Below, piece by piece: positions 37,701 to 49,511 of a DNA stretch of 64,000 nucleotides; position 1 is the stretch's first letter, and each line of letters begins with the position of its first letter. The position numbers were made by a program, and so were the translations under genes. The stretch comes from Tubulanus polymorphus (taxonomy: Eukaryota > Animalia > Nemertea), in the NCBI RefSeq assembly GCF_964204645.1, contig NC_134036.1, forward strand, positions 8,618,030 to 8,682,029, in the 5' to 3' direction. A model generated the notes under the pieces. That model ran no database searches. It was not told where the DNA came from and saw nothing but the letters and a program-made list of their open reading frames with translations.

Positions 37701-38601
37701 ACGACATAATTCTGTGACTTTAGGCAAGTAACGTTCAAGCTACATGCATTAAGAATGATATTATCGTAAGTTTGAAAAAAGAAATAAACGTTTAAAGTAA
37801 CGATAGAATATCTGTATACAAATGTATTCCTAAATCTTGACGTATAACGTATTATCTACGTAGTTTTTCACTCTAGTTTGATTGAAAACTGAATTTGGAG
37901 GATTTGTACCAAGTGGACTGGGGTGGGGGTATTTACCGGGGGATTTTAATTTGTCGGATTGTTACCTGTTACCCATTCACAATCGGAACACGGTTCCGTA
38001 GTTGCCGTATTAGCGATAAAACACCAGGCTCCGAGCGGTCCTTTGTCAGGGTTCCTGCAATAATTCGACGCAGTTTCCTTGTCTTCCAGCATGTCGTAAT
38101 AGCCTTCCATGAGAGGTTGTCCATATTTCCAGGGATGACACGTTTTACCAGACCGCGTTCGATTCACAGTTCCTCTGTAATCATTACCATAAGCGGGGAT
38201 ACTACTGCAGTCTAAAATAAAAAGAAATATCCAATATAGTGGGAAGGACGTAGGGACGGAGGGAGGGAGGGAAGGAGGGAGGGAAGGAGGGAGGGAGGGA
38301 GGGAGGGAGGCAGGCAGGGAGGCAGGGAGGGAGGCAGGCAGGGAGGCAGGCAGGGAGAAAGGGAGGGAGGATGGGAGGAAGGAAGGGAGGGAGAAAGGGA
38401 GGGAGGGAGGATGGGAGGGAGGAAGGGAGGGAGAAAGGGGAGGAAGGGAAGATATCTTGTTTGAATTCAGTGCTTTACTGAGGTCATTGAACACTAACTG
38501 ATATTTGACAAGACGATTAGAATTCAAATCTGTAGATCATTCTTACCGGCACTCAGGAAATAAACCAGTAACAAAACGAACGAATATCTCATGTAAGTCA
38601 T
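19712..38601 (-). CDS. Multi-exon gene for a secreted mosaic protein: signal peptide-kringle-kringle-GON-GON-EGF-(mini EGF)-EGF-EGF-short tail, about 750 aa
   Basis: 14 manually joined exons with GT-AG boundaries and matching phases: 38601-38547, 38211-37966, 35731-35495, 34679-34414, 30760-30584, 29985-29825, 29287-28972, 27436-27278, 25845-25704, 25162-25037, 23686-23630, 22035-21910, 20781-20659, 19767-19712. No in-frame stops in the joined frame. Confidence 0.85.
20659..20781 (-). CDS. EGF-like exon
   Basis: [35 protein letters not shown]; ttttacgcag acceptor, AAG|gtaagc donor; phase 1-1. Confidence 0.8.
21018..21344. mobile_element. Foldback/MITE-like inverted repeat
   Basis: Long imperfect arms, e.g. 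agtctatatatctagccaat / attggctagatatatagact. Confidence 0.75.
21642..21683 (+). ncRNA. Minimal type I hammerhead ribozyme-like motif (Penelope type)
   Basis: ACAC-CCGACGA-C-GATC-N10-GATC-GAAA-CGTC-GTGT: stem I ACAC/GTGT, stem II GATC/GATC, palindromic ACGT at stem III; U4C variant. Confidence 0.6.
21910..22035 (-). CDS. EGF-like exon
   Basis: [42 protein letters not shown]; phase 1-1, 126 nt. Confidence 0.88.
23630..23686 (-). CDS. 57-nt mini-exon, truncated EGF (C5-C6 loop only)
   Basis: ttttgttttcaaatag|[18 protein letters not shown], donor G|gtaagt; phase 1-1. Confidence 0.7.
24150..24845. repeat. Composite repeat: inverted ~39-bp TTGTCGAA-type arrays flanking ~40-bp (AAGTGGCTGGGATCGA..) tandem repeats; related ~40-bp units at 22915-23030
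   Basis: Directly visible; likely a DNA-transposon remnant. Confidence 0.7.
25037..25162 (-). CDS. EGF-like exon (calcium-binding type)
   Basis: [42 protein letters not shown]; phase 1-1, donor gtaagt; absent from the ORF track. Confidence 0.9.
25400..25626. mobile_element. MITE
   Basis: About 55-bp TIR cggctgcggtcaga..agctctgtgg / ccacagagct..tctgaccgcagccg. Confidence 0.8.
25704..25845 (-). CDS. GON domain 2, C-terminal exon
   Basis: ttttag|[34 protein letters not shown], donor G|gtcagt; phase 0-1. Confidence 0.75.
27278..27436 (-). CDS. GON domain 2, middle exon
   Basis: [24 protein letters not shown]; tttcctctag acceptor, AAG|gtattg donor; phase 0-0. Confidence 0.85.
28295..28655. mobile_element. 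Tc1/mariner-type MITE
   Basis: TA TSD; TIRs containing tgctctccgtgcgac..tttggtccgta; long internal inverted symmetry. Confidence 0.85.
28972..29287 (-). CDS. Linker plus GON domain 2, N-terminal exon
   Basis: [41 protein letters not shown]; phase 2-0. Confidence 0.88.
29345..29805. repeat. (GACAGA/GACAGG/GACATG)n hexamer microsatellite inside intron 6
   Basis: Directly visible. Confidence 0.95.
29825..29985 (-). CDS. GON domain 1, C-terminal exon
   Basis: tttttcaaatag|FWRVPDGG...[21 protein letters not shown]; phase 0-2. Confidence 0.75.
30297..30450. repeat. Pentamer microsatellite (GTATG/GTGTG/GCGTG)n
   Basis: Directly visible. Confidence 0.95.
30584..30760 (-). CDS. GON domain 1, middle exon
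   Basis: [33 protein letters not shown] (GON 'IDL.GTG' motif); phase 0-0, donor gtaagt. Confidence 0.85.
31715..32200 (+). mobile_element. 3' fragment of an L2/CR1-group LINE
   Basis: [29 protein letters not shown] resembles the ORF2 C-terminus (P.LWN.LP..IR.....FK..LK); AATAAA followed by an (ATTCA)n tail. Confidence 0.6.
32650..33085. repeat. 75-bp minisatellite (45+30 subunits) built on the palindromic core TCCAATGTGTTTGGA
   Basis: 12 core copies; produces the 25-aa repeats in ORF 32432-33205. Confidence 0.95.
34414..34679 (-). CDS. GON domain 1, N-terminal exon
   Basis: [39 protein letters not shown] matches the GON pattern (DG.Y.L..YC..M....P.EYL.L); phase 1-0, donor GAG|gtaagc. Confidence 0.85.
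34757..35275. mobile_element. Tc1/mariner-type MITE
   Basis: TA|CAGAGGTTGTCTC...GAGACACCCTG|TA. Confidence 0.75.
35495..35731 (-). CDS. Kringle domain exon 2
   Basis: [27 protein letters not shown]...[27 protein letters not shown]; phase 1-1, 237 nt. Confidence 0.95.
36607..36775. mobile_element. Small MITE with CCC termini (piggyBac-like)
   Basis: cccagtgttccatatatga...tcatatatggaacattggg with ttaa close to both ends. Confidence 0.65.
37493..37685 (-). mobile_element. tRNA-derived SINE
   Basis: A-box TGGCCGAGTGG, B-box GGGTCAAACCC, poly(A) tail, 7-bp TSD CGACATA (37486-37492 and 37686-37692). Confidence 0.88.
37966..38211 (-). CDS. Kringle domain exon 1
   Basis: [28 protein letters not shown]...[16 protein letters not shown]...C; ttttattttag acceptor, CAG|gtaac donor, phase 1-1, 246 nt. 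Confidence 0.92.
38240..38450. repeat. (GGGA/GGCA)n purine-rich microsatellite in the first coding intron
   Basis: Directly visible. Confidence 0.95.
38547..38601 (-). CDS. First coding exon, signal peptide
   Basis: ttctag|ATG; translates [18 protein letters not shown]; phase-1 donor G|gtaaga matches the kringle exon acceptor. Confidence 0.75.
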
Positions 38602-39626
38602 CTAGAATTAGATAAACATTATACGTACATTTGTGAGGTGATAAGTTCAGCATTTTATCGAGATTGGTTAATAGTTTATAGATTTCAGACAGATCGTTGT
38701 AGTTTCTAGATTTGCGATATCGAACTAATAAATAATCATGATCTTTTTGGTTTCTAGATCCCCAATATATAAGACTTATATATACGACATATTATATATA
38801 TTCCGAATAATTTATTCCGATTTAATGTTTACGAGACAGATCTCTGAAGTTTCTAGAGCCCCGAAGTCGGACTGAGATCTACGAGGCAAATCGCTTTAGC
38901 TTCTACATCCCCGACATCAGACCAATATCGACGATGAAAGTGTTAATTATGATAATCGACACCTTGTATTGTCAGTTGCTTTCAACATAATTGCCGAGTA
39001 ACACCGACTAAGACCGGATAGCCAGCATTAGCGAAAAACGGGGTGTCACATAAATAATCGCAAAACATCTTCTCTTGTCGACACTTACGAGAATAATGAA
39101 ATATGATCGCATATTCGCTCTATTCGAAAACAAAACAAAAACCTCTAATATGGGAACTCTTTCTTTTCAACATTTCAATGGATTTTCGATCATTATACTC
39201 TCTTCCGAGGATCTATCACGTCTATTCCTTCGATCATTCTGAGATACCAAATTCCTTTCACTAGAAAAGCATTCCGAATTAACGCTTTAATTATCAACAC
39301 GCCAAGAATAAACGCGAAATAAATATTACGCATATAGGACAAGCTGTATAACCACTAGCCTATATCCATTTCCCCAGTGACATCAACTCCCCCTATGTAG
39401 AGGCTACTCGTCCACTATGGAGTATTAGGAGGAAATGACTTTTCGCGGACGAATGGGCACGGAGGCAAGACAGATACATATAGGGAGGGTGGGAGGGAGC
39501 AAAAAAGCGGATCGCAAGTCAACAGGGGAGGGGAAACGTGAGGGTCCATCCAGCCACAATACGGACTCGTCGTCCACCGAGTCTTCAGGCAAACTGCGTA
39601 GTGTCAGATTATTACACCGGTGGTGC

Positions 39627-40650
39627 TGATGTCACTGAGAAACTTGGCCACTTATAGACAACAAGCTCGAGGGATTGTTCAGTTCGTCACAGAAGCACTT
39701 GAAACTGAAGAAAAATCAATTGCCTACATGCGGGAAAATGGACTTTTAGCAAGTTCCAAAAATTGCCAAGTGAATATATTAAAAAACAAATTGCATTTCT
39801 ATTTTTCTTTAGTCAATTCCAGTTCTCTGATATCAGTTTCAACACGGTTAAGCCTTCAAAATCACAGTAGATTCATTATTTATTTTCAGCACTGTCAACG
39901 TGAGATGCGCCTCCAAAAAAAAAAAACAAACGTGGGGACGGCGAAATATGGCATTGTTACGTGGATACGCGACGGCTCTTTTTTTTCAAAATCAAAAATG
40001 AAACTTTCGCAGCTGATGCTTACAGTTTACTGTTTCGGTTTAGATTTGCAACAGTTTGAAGTCATGACATTGCAACCGGATACTACAACTATTATGGAAT
40101 GTTACAGATTGTTACAAGACGTCATGTCTACGGCATTAGTTCAAGCGCCTTTGAAATTCTCCGAACTTGCCACTGATATGGGTGTGGTCGAAATCTACGA
40201 GAGTAAAATTTGGCTAAAAAGCCAAATATCATAGAGGTAGAAGCAGGCAAAATACATGGGTTTTTGGACTTTGTGAGCGGGGAACAAGATACGTTCATCT
40301 GGAAGTTGTTTCGAGACATGACATCCCAACATTAATACCAACAATTGAAAAGACCGTTCCAAAAGGTGCAACTATTTTCTCGGACCAATGGTCTTCTTAT
40401 CATTGTTTAACAGAAAGGGGATACAAACATGACACTTTTAACCATTCGAATGAATTCAAATCCAAAACGGGCGTCTGTACCAATAGTATTGAAGGGTCCT
40501 TAGTGAAACACAAAATATAAGAAAGAAAGGGGGTAGTGGCAACAATGCTTCCATTTTATTTAGACGAATTTATGTATAGACATCGGTATGGTCATTCAAA
40601 TGGGGACGTTTTCTATGTACTAATATCTGATATCACCAAGCAGTATAACT
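39627..40650 (+). pseudogene. Merlin/ISXO2 (IS1595-family) DDE transposase pseudogene
   Basis: WIRDGSFFSKSKM, VVEIYESK, RGR..WVFG, GATIFSDQWSSY, NHSNEF..GVCTNSIEG, YLDEFMYR; frameshifts. Confidence 0.88.
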
Positions 40651-40829
40651 TTTCATAAAAGATTCTGAAATTCTGACTGTGAATAAAATAATTGTTCGAT
40701 GTTTCCAGGATTACTTATCGTTGTCTTCGTGTTTCCATATGAATTTTCATAAAAGGTTTCTACATATATAGTTATACCCATATAAATAGGGTATGGCCAA
40801 TTCTCTGTGTACAGTAACAGGTTGTCTTC

Positions 40830-41110
40830 TAGTAAGAAACTTGACCAGAAATGTGTAGAACAAGTCTACCAAACAACCTACAGATTGAAGTTACCATGGC
40901 AAGAAGTTTTCAAAAAGGATATGGCAACATGGCTTCAAACGTTTGAAGAAGTGCACAACATCCCACGAGACATAGTTTCAGCTTGCCTTCTGGCTTTATG
41001 TGGGAGCATGGCAAGCCCAACGACGAAAATATGCGCTGGACAAATAAATACCACGTTAAATAACTACTTCGTAACTATGTGCGACCCCGGCGGTGGTAAA
41101 CATTCCAGCA
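40830..41110 (+). pseudogene. DUF3987/YfjI-like P-loop protein fragment
   Basis: WLQTFEEVHNIPRDIVSACLLALCGS..LNNYFVTMCDPGGGKHS (Walker A-like). Confidence 0.45.
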
Positions 41111-41870
41111 CTCATCGATGTCAATTCCCTGAGAGCAGCCTTGTCTCTACTAAATGTAATGAATCAACAAAAGATTTTGTTCATTTCCGTAAGTATTTCC
41201 ACTCACTGCTAATAATTATTGGCCAAATTTATTGGTCTTAATTATTGTCAATGGCTATGCCTCTCATAATAATCGTTTACTTTTATTTCATTATGTCATG
41301 AAATACATTAATATAATTTTCTACTATATATTCTTATCGTTTAGGCCGCCACAGCGACATCATGTGATCAAGGAAAATCGTCATGCCGTATTCCACCAAT
41401 TAAGTCTTTTAGAGGTCGCATTCTAAGGACTATATGCTACTAACCAGGCCCTTTAGTCGACAGCCGCCAAATACAGCGACATACAAAAGGCTCTCTAGTT
41501 CAACAAATTATAGGTACGCTATGCTCACTTCAAATTAATAACATGTTATTTTACATTTTACAACAATCGCAATTAATCTACGCTATCCACATTATTATGT
41601 TGACCACAGTATCGTTATTTCGGCGTTTATTTCAATTTCAGTTGAACTACAAGCACAAGCGAGTGCGGGAATCGGTAAGTATACCGACCGCAAAATGCGC
41701 AAGGCTACTCGACACATTGTCTATAAACCGGCACCAGAGACAATGGCACCTGATGCGACGCAGCTTAAAACCCTTTCCGTGCTGACTAATTAATACCCAA
41801 TAGTGCTGGAGAAAATGTGAAAATTTGGGAAAATTCCACCCTAGTGTGTTAAATAACGGGAATACCGCAA

Positions 41871-42041
41871 TAGTGCGTCTACACCGTGGTGCGGTGTATC
41901 GTTAGGTACTAATATTTCACTATGTTTGACGGGTGCTGAAATCTTTGTATAGAGATAAAAACTAAAAACTAAATACATCAATACACCGCAGTGCGTTGTA
42001 CTAGCAAAATCCATACACTGCACTGCGGTGTAGACGCACTG
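41871..42041. mobile_element. Small MITE-like inverted repeat
   Basis: agtgcgtctacaccg / cggtgtagacgcact. Confidence 0.65.
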
Positions 42042-44410
42042 AAAGGGTTTTTGAAGTGCCGGAATAAATCAGGACACTTATACCGCGAAATCTGGGATAC
42101 CACCGGGGTGTCTGACCAACTAATAGACTTATGCATAGCTGAACATCCTTACATAGAGCTTCTGAGAGACATACTGACTCAGGCAGCGTAAACTGAGGCC
42201 GAAACTGATAACAACGATGACGATGATAACTAAATTTTATTGTGTCATAATTTCTTATAGAAAACCTAATACATTAATACGTTGTTTATTTACTTCTCTT
42301 GTTTGTATGTGTTTTGTGGTCACCCGTCAACCTGTCAACCCACGATCCTTGTACATAAATTGGCTACAACATTGCATCGTGTTATCCGTCGATCTTCAAC
42401 CAGCGGGTGAAATATGCACTCTATCATCTCTCCAATGGGCCAACCAACAAACAACCAACAGTAGTCAACTGTCACTAGTCGTCGGTCAACCTGTACAAGA
42501 ACTGTTCCTTCACTGCGCATTAATACCAAATTATCAATGTATTCATGCGCCAATGTATTAATGCGCTGATACATTAACCGCACAACTTATTAACTCTACG
42601 CCAAGGCACTATACTATGCTATATCCGACTTGGGCCCATCTGAGCTCCGACGAAGATGTACGTTTTGACGAAGTGAAAGACCAAGAATGGGGAATCCGCT
42701 GGCAATCTTAACAAATATAGGGGATATTTGCAAAATCACATGGATTTTCGTGCAGAAAGTACGTACTATAAACATTAACCCCCCCCCCCCTTGGAAAGGT
42801 ATGTACGCTTTGATGTTTTTTCCACAATGGCTATAGGCCTACTTTTTATTCTCCTATCTTCGTTTGAACTACCACTTTCATCGTCATCGTCAAGTTTGCG
42901 TCCAAAAACTCTACAAGGTCCACGTGATTAAAACACTATTTTCTACACCCCTTATATTATCTGCGCTATTCTATGAAATAAGTGTTGAATTGAAGTAACA
43001 TTAAATAATAAAAATGATTATAGTAATTTGCATAGCACAGTTTTCCAAGTAAAAAAATCAAAGGCGCTTTTCCAGAAGATTGGTTAAAATGAGCACAGAA
43101 CAGTTTGTTTTTTATGAAAATATTGAACTCAGTAAGTGACATATTAAACAGAGTTTGCCGATAGTCGATGCGATATTGATAACAATGACAACAGTGCTAC
43201 CAGCTGGCGACATCAATGACATAACATTAATAATGCAAGTTTTTAAGACTATCACAAAACAGGCCATCCGAACCTACTTCTGACACTTCATCTTTTGCAC
43301 GTCGAGCTTTCCGACGTCTAGCTGTTTGAATAAATCAAACCTGCACAATTTGTGTCATCTCAATCTGGAGCAACATTTGGCCACGTATATTTCGTCATTT
43401 CAAATTATTATTTTCGAAATATACAAAGATTGTCTACCGACCCAATTTTAACATTTTGGTGAAATAACCTTTTTCAAAAATATATACGCAACTGAGCGAC
43501 ATCAAAACTCTCCATTCTAATAGATATGTGTTTCTTTTTAGTAAAATCGTGTGATGTCGGCACCGAAATCGACATCACAAAAAAATGGTTTATTACATCG
43601 GATTAAACAATTTGTTTCCGGAAGTGGTACATTTGTGCTCAGAGAACTTTGCTAATCAGACATTGATGGCGACCTTGGATTGTAAAATTCCAGGAATTGT
43701 GTGCGATCTATATTCTATAGGCCTATTCAAGATTTCGATGTTTTTATTTTCATAAACAGTTTCCAAGTTTGAAATATGTTCAAAATGTAGTATCTTATAG
43801 TGTAGTGTACAGAAAAAAATCCTCAACCATTTATAACTGTGCTAGCTCCTAATCATATTTTTCAATGGAAATTTGGTCCTGTAAAAATTATTTACGGTTA
43901 CCAACCCATTGTCCCATTTTTCTATAAAGAGAAAAGAATCCTACCTACATAGAGATTTTGAGAAATATTATTTTTCGATGTGACCTAAAGGACATCTCAA
44001 AAGCAACTGTTGTGCGACTAGTTTTTCCCAGAGGGGCGCCTTTAAACTGTTAAATAATCTCTATGCGCCATAAAACAATTCTTCGTTATAATTAAAAAAA
44101 ATTGTTATCATAATTATTATTGAAATTATTATCATCAAGCGAAATGTTAACAAGTAACAATAATAACAATATCTTCAAGACCGATAGAGCTTACCTTTAA
44201 CCCGATCTTAACAAGTCGATATACTGAAGATGAAATAAATCTCGAAGCAAATTTGGGCGCCTTTGAGTGACTACCTCGAAAGGTGCCTACCAATGACAAC
44301 TTCGAAAGCTGACGCATTAATTCCATTCACTGGGAACTAATCGTTACTTTCAACTCGAAGCGAAGTTTAGAATTCGCTCAATTCACGCAGAAGCATCTTC
44401 AATAATATCA

Positions 44411-45430
44411 TTGATCGGCAATTTCTGATAGTTCTCCAAAGGTTCATCGAGCAATCTTTTCTAGTTCACCTGGTAACAGCTGATACGAGATCATCACAGT
44501 TTCGATTAGTCAATTCTGTTGTTTCATACACATATAAATTGTGTTAATACAACTTGAATACAATTGTAATTTCAATTGGCTTCTTTTTTCAAAATTTATT
44601 AGAAAATATCTATATTCATTCATTTCCAATTCGATTAAAAACTCGATTGAAAATGTTTATAATAATGATGATAATATTTATTTCGCCATGCACATATGCA
44701 GTATAAATGATGTATAGATTATAAACAATTCTTTGATCGGCAATATCTGATATCTAGAAGTTCATCGAGCAATCTGTTCCACTTCTATAAGTTTCCATAA
44801 GTTCACCTCCAGTTCTCCTGGTAACAGCTGATACGAGATAACCACAGTTTTGATTACCTAGTCAATTATGTTGTTTCATATACATGTGATCAATTGCCTC
44901 TAAAGATGACTTCTCCAAAAAATAAGCTAACAACTAGGCAATCTCATGGGATCTGCTGACAACTATACTGGTGGCTGCCAAAATTCGAACTCTCTCCCTC
45001 TCTACTCTCTCCCTCTACCAAGTTTCAACCACGTGATCTCTCCCTACCAAATTTAGTATGGTTTCTACAGAATCTGCAGCCGCCATCAACCACTCTCCGA
45101 CTAGAAATATATTTCCAACCACCAACACTGCATACCAAGTTTCTGAATCATGTTTTCTGAACTATTCCTTTAGACTAAGCTATTTACATTTCCTGTTTGC
45201 TTCGTTAAAACCAACTCTTCACGTTAAATCATTATTTTTATTTGTTTCCCCGGACGTTATTAATATTCATATCATTATTTGATTAACCCTAGTCAACTAT
45301 CACATGAATCGTGGTAAAACAACTTGAATACAATTGTAATTTCAAGTGGATCTTTATCAAATTTAATAAATAATACATGTGGTTGCATTCATTTATAATT
45401 CGAATAAAAACTCGATTGAAAATGTTTACG
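44411..45430. repeat. Local ~250-bp duplication whose second copy is split by a ~430-bp insertion (about 44890-45320)
   Basis: ttgatcggcaat..gtaacagctgatacgagat..aacttgaatacaattgtaat present twice. Confidence 0.7.
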
Positions 45431-46564
45431 GGTGATTAAACTACTTCCTAGAGGAATACAAGTGACATTAACTAACAACTGGTTTTCGGTTTGGGTTGGA
45501 CCCCTCCCTCATCAATTGTTGAGCCCTGTTACTGGGGACCCTTGGCTTTTGTTATATTTGATAGAAACAATCTATTGATATTTTTTGCTGACTTTACGCG
45601 CATATTTTTAAATGTCGATATGGTTTATAAAACCTACTGGTAGCAATCCGATGCTGGATCTCTTGTATATTTCTCAAAAAAAGAAATATGGTTAAATTTC
45701 TGAAATTCATCAATTTCCCCTCGACAAGACTTTCCCACTTTCTTCTGTTCGCATCAATTTCTGGATGCAGGAGACTAATAATCCTGGAGGCAGTTTCCAA
45801 AATAGCTATGTGTGAACAGGACGAGCGCCAACACATCCAGCATGAATGCTAACATATTTTAATCGATTTCAACGATGGGGTGATTTCTTAGTCGTGAAAT
45901 TGCGACGTCTCCTATGCGTCCTTATCATATAATGGAAGTATCTCTGGGTCGATGGTTTTGGCTGCATATGTCTATATCCATACTCGGGGAATACCTGCAA
46001 TTTTTCCATTGCGAAGTTACACTCGATAGCATGAATGAAAATGTACACACTTTTATTTTTATTCAGTATTCTTCTCGAAGTGGTTATTATTTTTTATTCA
46101 TTCTTCAAATTTAAAACGATACCAAATTATCACGGTTTGAATAATATCAATTACATTATTTTACAAATTCGTAGACAGTACAGTTTTACATTACACACGA
46201 GTCTCATCAAAATGTCACTTATTTCTAGCTTTCAATAAACGCCCCCTCGCTATAGATATCTGTACATTTTCAAGCCTTACTACCCAACGTCCCCCCCCCA
46301 CCCTATATTATATGAACGTACAAATATGTAATGAAAAGTCTGGCCGTTCATATGTCGAGGGTACGTTTAACAACACTAAATGTCCATGATAATTGTCGCA
46401 TATATTTCATCTATATTCTATATTCCTTTAATGTTTTTAAATGTTTACGTATAATAGCTCTTCGTTTCAGTTTGTCTGTGTCGTAATGTGTTAATTGTTG
46501 TTCGTCTCGCTGTCATGTCAACCGCTGTCATTCCCGCTTAATCACGATATGAACGTGTGGTTTG

Positions 46565-48297
46565 ATCTCATGATATTACTTTATGCTGACGATACTTTTG
46601 TTACTAGCCGATAGTGTCTCTCTTATTTACAAATTATGTTGAACCAAGTAGTTGAGTACTGTGAAAGATGGAAATAAATTAATAATCAACGTCGATAAAT
46701 CGAATGCAATCGTGTTTGAGAGGAGAAAGCCCGCTAGGCTACCCACTTTTTAGATCCGTGATACCACCCTATAGAGACCGTGTCAGAATTTAAATACCTC
46801 GGCATTCTTTTTAACTATACTTGAAACTTTGTTAAAGGCCGACTTCAAGTATAAAAGGCTCATCATCTGTCAGACATGGCAGTATCTGTGAACCCATGGA
46901 GCAGTCAAGAGCTCCGCCGTTGAAACTGGAATTTCCGTAATATCTCTGTCAGTTAACCGATTTGGACCCTCCTTTTTGTCAGGGATATGTGTAAACATGT
47001 AATATAGTCATATCTATGGTTTAAAATTTAGTTTAAGCCCTCCTTCATGCATAAATTAGCAATTTACTTAGTGCATTCTTCAAATTTTCAAATCTTTGAA
47101 TGACAAGCTGGGAGGAGTTATTCACCTCACCACATAGAGCACAGTGACCTGTAGCCATAAACCTATATAAACAAAACAGTTGCAGCTCTCTAGTGCGTAA
47201 TTTTGGGGGTTAGAAAACTTTTGACCTGAAAGTTATATCAAACTGAAAATTTATATATCATCTTAACTCCTCATCAGTAACAATGTGTGAAAATTTCATC
47301 AAAATCGGACAAAAATTGAATAAATTGAAAATACAGATTTTATGTTCAACTCCATTATTACTGGAGGAATTCTTATAAAAAAACATCTACAAAATCAGCG
47401 AATTCTAATTAAGAAGATTACTATGACCAAAATGATATCAAACGTATACGAAAAAAGTTTTTTTTATGTATAACTGTGATACTGTGTGATACTGGTCGGA
47501 GCCAGATGTGTTCCAGTAAACACTATAAACAAACTACCGCTTGCTAGTTGCTAGTGGGATGTGGCCTGCACTGCAAATCTCAAGTACCAACCGGTGGGTT
47601 TTTGGACCTCCATTTGAGTCGGCCTTTAAATGTAGAAAGGCGATCTGTGATCATGCCAAGAAGGCATTATTTTTTGTATTACAGCAAGTACAGAGGCACT
47701 GTTTGGATATCGATGCCTCGTTCCAGATTGTTGATGCTCTAGCGAGGTTTGGGGTTTTATCAATTTAGATGCCGTTGAAAAAATTCATTTAAAATGGTTT
47801 GTAAGTATCTCATGAAGCTACACCAAGTGCAACGGTATATGGTGAGCTAGGGCGATTCCCTATTCAAAATCAAATAAGAATAAAAATGGTTATATTTTGG
47901 GGCCATCTCATCATGCAGGAGTCATCTCACTCTGCGAAAATGTATAGAGTTTTGCTAAATAATCATGTTAATGGCAATAGTAGTAAACGAATATCATGCG
48001 TAAAATCAACGTTAGAAAATTGTGGCCTAGGTTACATTTGGTACGAGCAGTCCTTCCCAAACATTCGATATCTAACGGAGTTAGTCAAACAACGACTACA
48101 GGACGATTTTAAACAAAATTTGCATCAATCTCTTGAATATTACTCAAAACTAGACACTTATCGTAGCATTAAATTAGAATGGTGCTCAAAGATTTGTACT
48201 TAACCTACCAATGGATTTACGTTCGGCTCTTATCCGACTTAGATGCTTTAATCACCCGCTACCTATTGAAACTGGTAGATACCAAAACATACCAAGG
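46565..48297 (+). mobile_element. 5'-truncated LINE reverse transcriptase fragment (RTEX-like)
   Basis: LLYADD, INVDKSNAIVF, EFKYLGILF, YGELGRFP, LRCFNHPLPIETGRY; stops and frameshifts. Confidence 0.88.
46836..47625. mobile_element. Kolobok-type non-autonomous DNA transposon nested in the LINE
   Basis: TTAA|AGGCCGACT...AGTCGGCCT|TTAA; removing it restores the frame NFVKCRKAICDHAKKA. Confidence 0.85.
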
Positions 48298-48298
48298 G

Positions 48299-48593
48299 GC
48301 GAAATTCCTGGTATGTAAAATTCCTGGTATGTAAATGAGGGCGCCAGAACGCCGGAACGCCTAAACGAAAAAAAACGTCCAATTTTATCTAAAAGTTCGT
48401 TTTGGCGTGCCAAAACAAAGAAAATTCCGTTTTGGCGCCCCTCGACGTTTTTCGTTGTTTTGGCGGGGGCGCCAAAACAGGATTTTCTTTGTTTGGTGCG
48501 CCAAAACGAACTTCCAGGTAAAATTGTACGTTTTTTTTCGTTTTGGCGTTCTGGCGTTCTGGCGCCCTAATTTACTTACCAGGAATTTTACGC
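48299..48593. mobile_element. Foldback palindromic MITE
   Basis: gtaaaattcctggta..gggcgccagaacgcc / ggcgttctggcgccc..taccaggaattttac; internal GGCGCCAAAA repeats. Confidence 0.85.
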
Positions 48594-49511
48594 TATGGCC
48601 CTTATCAGCCACCATACTCTTCGCTCTGTTCCGGATTTCCGACGTCGACCATTCTTCACGAATAGGACAGAAAATAGCTTTGCTAAATACGTCGATAAAA
48701 TGCCTTGAAAAGCATCTCGGATTTTTGCTTCGTTAAACGACATGTAGTTAGTTCATAAAGCTCTTGTTTAACACTGTGTTGATTACAAATGTCTATATGA
48801 TTTACGTAAATATCAAAACGGACATGAAATACAGTATGAACAAATGGGAGATCGATTACGAATTATTATACAACTATAAGCATATTAAGTTTTTATTAAG
48901 TGGCTAGATTTATTCATCAATAATTCATTCAAATTATTCTTATACAATCCTCCCCGCCACTACATTATATTCTATATGAGTATTTACATTTTTTTCATAT
49001 CTCGGATACACGCAATACACCTTGTGAAATCTGGACTTTCCCCTCTAGAAGATGTGCCTATCTGCTAGCTTCTTTGTGCCATTGTATTGATTAAATTATT
49101 CATAAAGAATATCCTTCCTACGAGTTCCCGAACAAAGTTGATGACCATTAGAACCTGTTCTTGAAAAAAAAAAAATAAACAATTCGTCAAGAGTATATCC
49201 GAGGTGATGCCCTGTACACATGTGATGTCAGGACGATCAGAAATTAAAAAAGCATAGTGACTCTTGAAGGTCTATCAGTATAGCTGACATTTTAATTCCT
49301 TCGTTTAACATGTATAAACAACGTCAGAAAATATCTCGGATATGTTCATAGATCGAGATATGATAAATGAGATATAATAACAATGTGGCTGCTGAATATT
49401 TCATCGAATATCTACGGTTAACAAGCATTTGTTTTTTTTTTCATCAAATATAAAGAGTTATTCTAGGTGCGTGTCAAACATGAATTTTAACTTATTACTA
49501 ACATTATTTTC

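Noticed and set aside
41232-41426. ORF listed on the minus strand in the supplied track
   Set aside because: The listed peptide matches the + strand translation and has no recognisable motif
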